Below, in pieces: positions 25,433 to 35,800 of a DNA stretch of 64,000 bases; within the stretch, counting starts at the first letter, position 1; every line of letters starts with the position of its first letter. Position numbers and translations under genes: made by a program. The notes beneath the pieces are model-generated. The model searched no databases. It was not told the DNA's origin and saw only the letters and a list, made by a program, of their open reading frames with translations. Origin of the DNA: Lama guanicoe (taxonomy: Eukaryota); assembly GCA_013239625.1 (NCBI GenBank), contig MU053379.1:4960714-5024713 (forward strand). Reading direction: 5' to 3'.

Positions 25433-25438
25433 TTTATT
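25433..25438 (-). terminator. VSX1: Probable VSX1 polyadenylation signal (AATAAA), implying a 3' UTR of about 0.75 kb
   Basis: tttatt on the + strand, after an AT-rich UTR and followed on the minus strand by GT-rich ttgtgtgatgtg. Confidence 0.7.
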
Positions 25439-26177
25439 TTTAAACAATAAATAAGCGGCCAAGGAAATACAGGAAAGGAAGCATTCATGAAATCAAGTCA
25501 CTAAAGTGCTCTCAGACATAAACTTTAAATAACCAAGAAGCCTGGTCTGACCTTAAAACTCTGCTCATAAACATTCAGCGGTTGTTGGGATGTGGTCGTG
25601 TGCTGTTTCAGCAGGGAAGGGCGAGGCTTTCTTTGTCAAAGTTCCGAGGCTCACAGGCCCCATCAAATGACACTCGGGAGGATACAAAGTCATTGCCTAA
25701 CAAGAAAACGGAAATGTCCAAAGCCAAGTTCAAGGTGAAGATCCTAGAATTCCTTCATATGAGGTCTGCAAGAGGTCTTCACTATTTATGAAGACATATG
25801 ATTCTCTGTAGGTTGAATATTTTTGTATTTAATATTCTTGGATCAGAGTAAGGATGTCAGATGTAACCTGATAATCTACACAGTATATCCCGTGATGTCT
25901 GGCAGTGAAAACGGTTTCTGGACTTCAGATCTTCCCTCCTCAAGTCCCAGAGGAGAATAAAAGTTTTACTCCAAATTAACTGGTTCAAGTGCCTTTAAGG
26001 AGCGCCTTCCATTCTAGAATAAAGTTGAGTTTTCACCCATTTGTCTCCTTTAAGCAAGTGGCTTTGCAGCTCATCCCGACAGCGTAAGAAGAAACCCAGC
26101 TGGGAGTATTTGTCTTTTGGACAAAACGGGTGAGGCAGGTGCCCGTGCCCAGCCTCTGAGGGGGGCCTGTGGCCTCG

Positions 26178-26473
26178 CTAGGGCCCCTTCTTCCCCAGCT
26201 GGAGCCCCTCTGGCCCCTCGGAGTCTGAACATCCTTGGCCACTGGCCCCCTGCTGTGCTTTCTTGGTCTCCTGCCGGGCGGAGCTGGACAGGTCGATGGC
26301 CACGTCTTGCAGGCCACTCTCAGGGCTGCCTCCCTCCGAGCCCCTCTGGGGTCCTGCCTGACCCAGGCCAGAACCTTCCTTGAGACAGTCAGCGTGGTCA
26401 CAGCCCCATGGTCCTGCCAGCTTTTCTTCACCTTCTGCTTTCCTTTTCATCCCTGTGGATTTTTTATACATCC
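26178..26473 (-). CDS. VSX1: Visual system homeobox 1, exon 5 coding part (296 nt, TAG stop)
   Basis: (G)MYKKSTGMKRK...GLQDVAIDLSSSARQETKK...GKKGP* includes the CVC end and the RV/RINX motif. Poly-T tract plus gcaag| acceptor. Confidence 0.93.
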
Positions 26474-26699
26474 CTTGCAAAAAAAAAAAAGGAAAATAAA
26501 TAACACGTTACCTCTAAACTTCTTCACGGCATTGTTCTCGAAATCCCATTAGCATTTCCCTTGTTGTTGCCCGTCTCCAGCGCCACCAGGGGAGTCTCCT
26601 AGGTAACTCTCCACACTAGGGGTTGTAGACGGGTGTCTGCCCACTGGGCACGGCCAGGAAAAGTGCCTTGTTTGGATGACATGGTGATTTCTGAAATTT

Positions 26700-26812
26700 T
26701 ATTTTAAAATGTGTTGACAATGGTTTAAAATCAGGAGATTTACATCAAAATTCAGACTTGCAGCTTCTCTCAAAAAGTCAAATGTCCAGCCACACTAGGC
26801 CCACCTTCTTGT
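26700..26812. mobile_element. MER103C-like hAT fossil in VSX1 intron 4
   Basis: aaaatcaggagatttacatcaaaattcagacttgcagcttctctcaaaaagtca...cactaggccc resembles MER103C. A similar reverse copy lies at about 52780-52860. Confidence 0.65.
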
Positions 26813-27466
26813 CAGGCCACGGACCTGCGGATGCAGTGAGCACCACATCCACCTGCTCTGTAAGTTCAGAGGGGTGGGCTCGGGTACCCGCCCCACACTC
26901 CCCCGAGTGTCTCCAATCCTTGACAGCAAAGACCGTATTTATGACTGGCATCTCCAGTCCCAGCCTAGTGTCCGGTGGGTAGGGGTCAAAAAATGTCTGC
27001 TAAGCAAACCCCTCCTCCTCCTCAGCCCAAAATGCCCCCAGCTCCCTGGTCTCTGATCTCCCACTCTGCCCAGGTGCCTTCCGTCTCACTCCTCCAAGCC
27101 CGTGGTCTCTGGGAACAGCCAACAGACCGTCCGGGTGCCCAGCGCCCGAGCTCAGGCCGCGCCAGTGTAAGCGGGGTTAACTGTCCCCAGGGCCGCTGCC
27201 CGCACCCCCTGCCTCCTACCGCCGAGCTCTGCGCTCTGCCAGCCGTCAGCATCGGGAAAACACATTTCACATCGCTCAGCTCACAAACCGGGGCGGCTGG
27301 GCCTCTCCGCACAGTCGACACAGTTCCGACGGAAAACAAGCCAGCTGGGCAGAGTCCAAGCCTCGTGCTTCACTGAAAAGCGGGTGTGACGTCCTGGGCC
27401 TGCAGCTAGGACGCTCACGCCGCTCTGCCCCGCAGCGGCCGCCGGCGTGGGCCCGCCCCTCCTTAC

Positions 27467-27632
27467 CCAGGAGCCAGGGCGCGCCCGGGGCCGCGGGGCC
27501 GCGCGCGCCGTCGGGCCGCGGGAGGCAGTGCCGCACCATCGCGCCGTACAGCCCGTACTCCGCCATCGCGCTGCTGCCGCCCCAGCGCTTCTCCCGCTTC
27601 CGCCACTTGGCCCTGCGGTTCTGGAACCAGAC
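27467..27632 (-). CDS. VSX1: VSX1 exon 4 (166 nt): homeodomain helix 3 plus CVC domain
   Basis: [36 protein letters not shown]...APWLL(G). Acceptor ccttccag| and donor G|gtaagg. Confidence 0.97.
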
Positions 27633-27899
27633 CTGGAAGGAGGCGCGGGAAGCAGAGGGCTGACGGGTCGGGGCGCCCGGGGCCGGGCTGCCGGGGGCTC
27701 GGGGACTGGCTGGCTGGGCGAGTGTGCCCGGTTTCCACCGAGGCGCCCATAGAGTCGAGGTGGACAAAACAAAACGAGAGCTTTCCACACCGTGTAACTG
27801 ACTGGAGCCGTTCGCCCCAGCGATGGCCGCTTCGAACCGCGGGTTGGCGCTTGCTCTGTCTCAATAAAAGAACAGTGCGGGGTGTCATTTTTGCTGCTG

Positions 27900-28016
27900 T
27901 TGTTTGGGGAGGGAGGGAGGGAGATTCGTGTATTTGCTTATTTCTTTAATGGAGCGACGGGGAATTGCACCCAGGACCTGGTGCACAAGCTATACCACGG
28001 AGCTGTCCCCTCCCCC
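27900..28016 (-). mobile_element. tRNA-Ala-derived SINE (Vic-1-like, degenerate) in VSX1 intron 3
   Basis: ttaatggagcgacggggaattgcacccaggacctggtgc...agctgtcccctccccc matches the other copies. Confidence 0.8.
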
Positions 28017-28527
28017 TGGGTGATGCTAAGCTGTTACAAAAGTGAGTTGGTGGCCTGTCTTCTGACCTGGAGAGAATGTGCCGTCTGCACAGAGGCTGAG
28101 CAGACGCACGCCAGCTTTCTGTGAAGACAAAGACCAATGCCAGGAGTGGAATGAGTGTGTTCCAGGGCTAGACGTGCACTTGTGTGGGGACCGTGTGCAG
28201 AAAAGCCACACCGGGCTCTTTACACCGGTTTCTTTGAGGGTTTGCAGGGGAGGGATGGTCTTTTTGTTCCCGGGGAGCGGCACATAGTCTGCAGGTGCAG
28301 CACATAAGGAGTAATTTTTACGTATTTAATAAAAGGGAACAAGGCTTGGAGATTCCGGGGTCATCCTCTCCTCATGCACACAAAGCGAAGCTCTGGCACC
28401 TGAGTGCCCCTGGGTTTGTGCATTGGGGGGGTGCGTTGGGCGGTTTAGCAGTGGCTGTGGGCCGACTCACTGCGTGTGAGGGAAGCACTTTCACTGGTGT
28501 CTTTGGGAGGAGAAAGGAGCCCAGCAC

Positions 28528-28651
28528 CTGTATTCGGTCTTCGGGGAGTTCGGTTTTCACAGCCAGCATTTCCCGGGCGTACACGTCAGGATAGTGGGCC
28601 TCGCCGAAGGCCTTCTCCAGCTCTTCTAGCTGGTGGGCAGTGAAAACGGTC
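28528..28651 (-). CDS. VSX1: VSX1 exon 3 (124 nt): homeodomain helices 1-2
   Basis: (R)[41 protein letters not shown]. Acceptor ccccgcag| and donor CAG|gtgctg. Confidence 0.97.
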
Positions 28652-29090
28652 CTGCGGGGAGGCCCCAGCGCACACTTGGGCGAGTGTTCACAGGGTGTGG
28701 CCAGGCTTCCCAGCCTGGGAGGGCCCTGTGCAGGCCCCATCTTGTCCACTGCCTGAAAGTCCACCTCTTAATAACTGGACACCTCACCTCTGAGTGATTC
28801 GCCTCTGGAAAGTCCACAATTTGGTTCAGACAAAACTAAATTAGGGTCCTTTTTTCTCCTCAATGAACTCCATCAACTTATTCTAAGAAGACCCATTTTA
28901 AAGGCCCACAATATTGGATCTTTAAAATGCTACAAAGACTGACCAGCAGCCCCCTGGGAATGGCAGAATTTTGTCCCCACACGGCTCCTGTGCCTTTCCT
29001 GCTGCAGACCAGGAGGCCCTGGGCCCGCGGTAATGCAGGACCAGACATTCTCAGATGCCGGGTCCCAAGGATGGGGTCAGGGGCCGGTAC

Positions 29091-29169
29091 CTGTGTCTCC
29101 GCTTCTTCCTCTTGCCGGGGGCGGGGGACGCCCTCAGGTCACTCCTATCTTCAGCTGGACTGTCCTCAT
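29091..29169 (-). CDS. VSX1: VSX1 exon 2 (79 nt): acidic region plus basic NLS / homeodomain N-terminal arm
   Basis: (D)EDSPAEDRSDLRASPAPGKRKKRRH(R). Acceptor gctatcag| and donor AG|gtacc. Phases match exons 1 and 3. Not shown in the ORF track. Confidence 0.95.
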
Positions 29170-29314
29170 CTGATAGCACAGGAGAAAGAGAGGACCTTAA
29201 AAGTGTATTTTTCACTTTATTTTCGGGGTTTCAGTTTGACGCTGTGAACTGACAGGGACTGTGAACATTCACCGATACCAGCTAGCATTTTTCACACTCT
29301 CCGTATCCCAGACG

Positions 29315-29500
29315 CTGTGCTAGCATTACGCATAGCACATAGCGCATTGCGCATGCGTCATCACGTTCTACTTAAACTGGAGGAACTCCAAGGCAGCTGC
29401 CCTATGATTCTCTGGTCCAGAGGAGGAAACCCAGGCAGAGAGAGACTGAGTAACTCGCCCAAGATCACACAGGTAGTCAGCGGTGAAGTGGGGATATGAG
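29315..29500 (-). mobile_element. MIR SINE fossil (weaker MIR remnants also near 2640, 12320, 18080, 35960, 43770)
   Basis: gaggaaacccaggcagagagagactgagtaactcgcccaagatcacacaggtagtcagcggtgaag is the MIR core. Confidence 0.75.
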
Positions 29501-29961
29501 ACTGTGCGAAGCCAAGGCTACTTGAACACAACTGCATTTCCTGTCCCCTTCAGCTTCCAAATTCATCCACTTCTTCATCTTAACCAATTCACCAACCTTT
29601 CTCCAAGGGATGGCTGAGGTTGTGACATCAGGACCCTCATCAGAGCTAGCCACTGCCCTACCAATTCCCAGTCTCTGGAAGTGGGTGCTGGGAAACTCAC
29701 TCTTGATAAGTGTGCCCAGATGAGTTTTAGATGCACGTGAAAAATTTTCAGAAACCGCTGTTCTTTATCTTTTGAAATCCATTACATCAAAAGATCTAGG
29801 TGTAAAGGAAGAAGGCCAAACTATTGTCAGATTCCTTGTTAAAAAGCATATTTGCTTCAAAATACTAAAAAAAATTAATAAAGGCAAAACAGTAAAAAAT
29901 AGTATTAGTTTTACCCCTACATCAACTAGCTCACCAGACAATTGGATTTTAATATAACATC

Positions 29962-30225
29962 CATGCTGTCCAGTCTGGAACCATTAGACACATCAGGTTA
30001 TTAAGACGTGAAATGGGGCCAGTCTGAACTGAGAACTGCTGCAAACGTTAAATACTCAGTGGATTTAGAAGACTTCATACATCCCAAAAGTAAAATACTA
30101 TTTTTATATTGGCCACATATAAAATGATGTTTTGTATGTGTTGGGTTAAGTAAGACACAGTAGTTAGGTTTTTCACCTGTTCCCTTTTCCTTTTTGATGT
30201 GGCTTGGAGAAATTTTCATCACACT
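29962..30225 (-). mobile_element. MER33-like hAT-Charlie fossil in VSX1 intron 1
   Basis: gctgtcca...gaactgaga...ggatttagaagacttcatac...ttcacctgtt...tgtggct...aaatttt matches the reverse complement of recalled MER33. Confidence 0.75.
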
Positions 30226-31233
30226 CACAGTCACCCGATACTTCTGTTCACTAGAGTTCCTCTCCATCTTGCAGAAGTGCCCCCAGACCAGGAGGCAGCT
30301 GTATCTTAGTTCCATCTGTGCTCAGATGGGAAGAACCCACCCTGTGAAGGTGGTTTCTGCACTTTAAGTGGAACAGCTGACAGGGGGTTCATTTCCTCTT
30401 ACCTAGAGACTCACGAATAAAGCCCTTTTAGAGCTGAGTGACAGCCTGCTGACCCCGCCTGCTTCCTCCGTCAGTGGAGACCAACGTACTTTTTTGCCTT
30501 AGCCGCCTGGATGCTCAGCTCTAGGATCTACTGCACAGTTTCTCTCTGCCCACGCTTTCTCATGGAGCTCTCTTCCCCAGAACCCACACCTCTCAATTCC
30601 TTGGCCCTGTCTATAGATTTGCACTGCTCCTTTCTTCTCCCCACAATCTGCCCCGACTTCTCTGAGGAACCGGGCGGGCTCGGAACAAAACACCGGGCAC
30701 GACCACAGTAAGATGGGCGCGCTTGTTCCTCGCGTGCCGGGAGGAGCGGCGAAGCGCAGTACGCAGACTCCCTTTTCAGCACCGGGAGGAGGACAGTTCC
30801 AGGCCTTCGCCCGGGGCTCTTCTGGGGCCCTTCAGTACGGCAATCAATTCAGTGAACGCCGGAGTTCCCCCAGGAACCGGGTTCGGTGCTAATGACGAAC
30901 GAGGCAGGCCCAGACCTCCCGACCTCCGCCGTTCCCGAGGCCGAGACTCTCACGGGCCGAGGGAGAGGCCCTCGGAGACTGTGGCCAGGTCTTCGAGACC
31001 CCACTGCCGGTCCAGACTGGCCAGGGTGGTGTCCGCGAGGGTACGGCGACCAGGCCCGGAGGAGAGGCAGGGATGTGGGAGAGGCCAAGGGGAGGAGGGT
31101 GCGGCTGCGAGGACACGCTCCCCGACGGGGCCACGCTTTGGGGTCCCGACTTCCCTGCATCCGGGGCGCTGGTGCTACCCAGTGCGCGCGAGCCGAGGGC
31201 AAGGACAGGAGCGCCAGGGAACAGTCTCATTAC

Positions 31234-31657
31234 CGGACGTCGAGACGCTCTCGCTGCGCTTCTGGCGGGCGGCGGGGGTCGGCGGGCAGCCGGGGGCTTG
31301 CGGTGCCGGGGGCTCAGGCCCCTCGGGCGGCAGGAACGGCACGTCGGCGAGGAGCAGGCAGGGTGCCCTGGCGGCCGCAGGCGGCTGCGCCCCAAAGCCG
31401 CAGAGGATGCCGAGCCCTAACGGGAGGGCCCCGCGGGCCAGGCAAGAGCCCCCGAGCCCTGGATCCCCGCAGGGCGCGGCCACCGGGCCTTCGCAGTCCG
31501 ATCCCGGCCTGGGACCCGCAGGTGCGGGCAGCTCTGCCTCCAGGTCTAGCAAGTCGTTGATGGCGAAGCCCCGTGGGCGCGAGCCGGCGGGGGGCCCTCC
31601 AGGCACCAGCGCCTTACTCCTGGCACGCCCGTCGAAAAACGCGTCCCGGCCTGTCAT
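31234..31657 (-). CDS. VSX1: VSX1 exon 1 coding part (424 nt): octapeptide plus Pro-rich region
   Basis: MTGRDAFFDGRARSKALVPGG...RPRGFAINDLLDLEAELPAP...GALPLGLGILCGFG...RQKRSESVSTS. Donor G|gtaatg. The five exons total 1089 nt = 362 aa plus stop. Confidence 0.97.
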
Positions 31658-31727
31658 GGCTTCTCAGGCGGCGAGACCGGACCCTCTCTCAGTCACCTTT
31701 GCGGAAGGGGCGCAGTTCTGAGGCCGC

Positions 31728-31771
31728 TTTATACAGCCGGGCCACCAGCCGGGCGCCAGGAGAGCTCCAAT
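31728..31771 (-). promoter_or_regulatory. VSX1: VSX1 core promoter: TATAAA (31733-31728) and reverse CCAAT box (31767-31771); TSS near 31700
   Basis: Minus strand reads gctgTATAAAgcgg about 70 nt upstream of the ATG, with CCAAT about 35 nt further upstream. Confidence 0.75.
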
Positions 31772-32359
31772 CAGCGGGGAGCCGACGCATCACGCCCGGG
31801 ACCCCACGAGATGGGGACGCCACCAGTTCCCCTCCCTTCGGGCGCCGCCCTCCCAGCTGCAGTCCCCTCAATCAGCTCCTTCTCCCTTCTCCCTTCTCCT
31901 TCCCAGCTGTCCCCGGCCCACCCCACCCCCATTCTCGGTGGGAGGAAAGCAGGGAGGGGGCGACCCGGATCTCTGCCCGTCCCTCTCAATGCCGCAGGTT
32001 CCCTCCCCTTCCTGATTCTCGATTCTCGGGTGGGGGCCCCAGCCCGCAGCTGCCAAGGAGCTTCCCTCCCCATTCTAGTCCCCCATCAAGACCAGGGCCC
32101 CATTCCCAGCCACACGCTCGCGGCTACCACCAACACCAACCCCACCAGCCCTCCAAAGCCACCGCCAGAGCCAAGAAGGCGGTCCCTGAAAATCCCAAGG
32201 GGAAAGGAGTGGAAAACTTCTAATGCCCACTCCACCTCCAGCCAAACGCACCCCAGAGCTCTAATGGCCGGGGTAGGGGTCCCAAAATTCACAGGATGGG
32301 GTGGAGAGAAGGGTAGTAGCAGGGGCTGGAGTGGACAGACCAGCCGAGGCAGCGGGAAA

Positions 32360-32470
32360 GAGCGCCAAGTTTAGCAAACTGAATTACAGAAGGTCCAGAG
32401 AACTCAGAATTTCAGATAATCTTAATTTTTTAGTACAAGTATGTACCAGTATTTTATCTGGTGACAGCTA
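32360..32470. mobile_element. MER53-like palindromic hAT MITE with internal deletion
   Basis: tttagcaaa...gaatttcagataa...ttttttagtacaagtatgt...gtattttatctgg matches recalled MER53 arms. Confidence 0.65.
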
Positions 32471-32825
32471 AATGGGGAGGGCAAATTAGAAAATAGGGCC
32501 ATCCCTCTTCACGGAGAATAGCAAGTAACTGTCAGATTTTATGATTATTCAGAGAAAGCCTGATTTTTCACGTGAAACGCCTCTATTTGTTAAAGTTGGG
32601 GCCAAACGAAGCACGTGGGTAAACCTCTGCTGCCTCACTCGAGGGAAGCAATGACCCATCCAGCCCGAATCTCTCGGGGGGGGGGTGGCCCTTCTCTCAC
32701 AGGGACCCTGGGAAGCAGGACCCCTCAGTCCCACCCCTGAGGGCGAGCGGCTGCTCTCCCTGCGCCGAGGGAACGCCTCCAGCAGCTCTGTGCGAACGAC
32801 CCAGCCGAGCCCAATCCGAGCGAGA

Positions 32826-32899
32826 GCCGGAGCCGGGGCTGGACCGGAGCCCGAACCGGAGCCCGAACCGGAGCCCGAACCGGAGCCGGAGCCGAGCCC
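32826..32899. repeat. GC-rich 6/12-bp tandem repeat, (CCGGAGCCCGAA)3 plus GGAGCC units
   Basis: Directly visible, about 1.1 kb upstream of the VSX1 TSS. Confidence 0.9.
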
Positions 32900-35800
32900 G
32901 CAAAGTGGATCTGCGGCCGGCGGCACCTTGAGATGGGTCCTCTGCAAAATCTGCGGATTAAACGAGGGGCTTCCGGTAAAGATAATTACGAGACCGCGCA
33001 TTAACTTTTCATTATTAAAAGAAGACCCAAATCTCCCTCGCAAGCTGTCCTCGGGATTAGAAACACAGTAACTTTCCTTTGGGATAACTGTCCTCTGAGT
33101 CGCTCAGGGTCGGGGCGGCTTTAGATGCTGGCATCGGTTTTGGCTCCATCAGGAATTTCTCTCCAAATCTATCTCTGGGTTTAGTGGAAGGTGTTGGGGG
33201 TGCAGGACCCAGCCAAGATGCTCTGGCTCTTGGCCCCGCAGAGCAGTAGTTTGTAAATCAGAATTTGGGGCCGCAGTTAAGGAACGACAGCAAATGCCGC
33301 TCGCGCAGTTGCAGGCTGTCTGGGGCTGGTGGGCGGGACACTCGGCCTAAGGCTGCAGCTTGGGGGCCCGCGGCACCCCCTCACCTGGGCCTGGGTCTCA
33401 AAGTCTCTGTCCTCCAGCCCCTGCCAGGGGAAGCCTCCAGTAGTTGGCCAGGGACTCAGAGGTACCAAAAGGCCGGCCTGGAGAAGCCCAACTTCAGCTG
33501 TCCCACAAGGCGACCCCCGCTCAGTGCCGGCAGCGCACCGGTCTCTAGCCCCTTCGGAAGGATACTACAAAATCCATTCTGCAGATGACAGGAACTGAAG
33601 GGTATTAAACCTGCTCACATCGGACACAGGGAGAGAAACCCGGAAAGCGAAGCAGAGAGACCCGGGAGGTCCAGGGTCAGGGCTGTAAGGGGGCCTTGCA
33701 GCTCCTGGGCAGGAGAGTCCTGCCGCCGCCTCCGGCCCCACCTTCAGGAAGGGGCCCGCGGGAGCCGCCAGGTTGGAGGCGGAGCCCAGCCCTGCAGCGC
33801 CTTCCTCTCCGCTGCGTGGCGAAGGCCAGAGCACAGAGCGAGAGGACACTGTCACTGCCCCTTATCCCGTGAGAACCCCGTCCCCCCACCACGCTAGTCA
33901 GGCCCCACTCCCACCACCAGCTGCTAGAGGGGATCACGGGTCCACTAGCGCCCCAGACTGCGGGATCGGCTCAGAGCCCCGATTCCCAGAGATCCCAACT
34001 CCGCAGCGCGAGCCGGCGGCGCGCTCCACCTGGTGTCTGCCCAGGTGGGGCAGGCGCGTCCAGCGGTTTAGGAGACTTGGAGGGAGCGAGCCGGCCCGAG
34101 TCCACCCACGTTCCGCGTGTCCCGGGCGGGGCGCCCCAGGCGGGTGCCCAGTCTACGCGGTGGGCGACAGCGTTAGAGAACTCCTCCTCCGCCGGCAGGG
34201 TGGAAAGGAGCCTCCTCCCAGCCCCCTCCCTCCATACGCAAATCTGGGGCCAGAGCCAGAGCCGGAGCCCCTCATGCGTCCCCGCCCGGGTCACCCCCCA
34301 CAGTCGCTTTGGAACCCTAAATCCGTTAAGGGGTCTGGATCTGCCTTCATCAACCAGGATTATCTGGGATTTTACTAATCAGTAAAGGTTTCTCCACCCA
34401 TTATTTTCCAGGGAAGGATTCCAGCCCCTGTCTGTGGCCAGCCACCAACGCGCACTCCACCTCCCTCACTCGCCCTGCCTCAGTGCGTCTGGCCCTTTCC
34501 TTCTCCAGGCCAAGGCTGGACGGGGTGTAAGTGGCTCAACAGACACCAGTCTCGGGCTTCCGGAGCCGCCCGCCAGGCTGGTATAAAGCACAGATGCTCT
34601 GGGAGTGGGACGCCCACCGTTAATGGGGTATGGTGCCTGTCTGCACCACCACCACGTCCTAGGGCTCCGCTCCTCTGGGGTCTCCTCCCGCCTCTGCCCC
34701 CCTCCGTTGCTTTTGGGTCCCCTTGAAAGGCTGTTGTAGCAGACACTGTTCTCATCTGTGCGCTGACCCCTCTGCCCACAGCTTGCAGGTCCTCCGGTGC
34801 CCAGGCCAGACGACCTCCCCGGCAGCTTCCTCTGGTCTCCAGAATCCACTTTGCCCACTGGTCAGAGGTGACAAGGAGTGACACACCCTGCGAGGCCCAG
34901 AACCAAAGACAGGCAGGAGTCGGAGTATAAACACATTCCACCCTGCCTCCCAGAAGTCCCCAGCCAGGTCTGCGCCGGTCACCACCAATTCTCACATCCC
35001 ATGTCACTCTCTTCCTCAGTGCCGTGGGTGCCCCAGACCCCCTGTCCTGGACTCCTGCACCTCCCTCACCCCACACCACCCGGTCCCCCACCCCAACGAA
35101 GGCTGCTGACAGCTCAGCACTGCCCCCAATCAGGAGAATCGGCCTTTGCTGACAAAAGCCCCTAACCCAGGCCACAAGTACCCACACCCACCCACACACA
35201 CACAACATCTGATGGGCTGACATGACAAGGTGCAGGGCTGTCCCCTCCCCCTCAAAGGGACAACTCTGCAGAGCAGTTTCTGCTCTAAACCCCTCCCAGG
35301 TCATGGGTCAGCCAGGCCTAAGTGTTCATCCTGGTCCACACTTTCTCCCCTCTACAGCCGTCACCCCCCACCTAAAGCTCAAGCATCCAGACCCTGCTTC
35401 CAGATCTGCTTCCAGAGACCCTCTCGTGTCTCTCTGTCATACTCCCCTCCCGTGTTGCCTGAGGTCACCTCCCAGGTGAACTGCTCACTGGGCAAGCCCA
35501 GCTGGCATCCACACTGTGGAAACACACACATCACATCTCAGGCTCCCCATGGCCATCGTTCTCCCTCCCTCATGGGGGTCCCAGGTGCTGTCAGCATCTG
35601 CTCACCGAAAGCTCCCAACCCTGGCTGTGCCCCAGAAGCCCAGGCCCCTATCGCCTATGGCCGCCTGGACATCTGTCCCCAAGCACCCGGGAGCACTGGA
35701 TTCAGCCTCTTTCCCCCAAGTCTCCCCAAATATTCGCCTCCACCCAGGGGCCCCAACAGGACCCCGAGTATCATCCTTGACGCTTCACTCTTCCCGCCAG

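Larger units (their letters stand above)
30670..31860. promoter_or_regulatory. VSX1: CpG island over VSX1 exon 1 and promoter (further CpG-rich blocks at about 32780-33120, 33660-34300 and exon 4)
   Basis: High GC content and CpG density. Confidence 0.88.

Noticed and set aside
29341..29360. NRF1-like tgcgcatgcg in VSX1 intron 1
   Set aside because: It lies inside a decayed MIR away from any promoter and plausibly arose by GC-ward drift.
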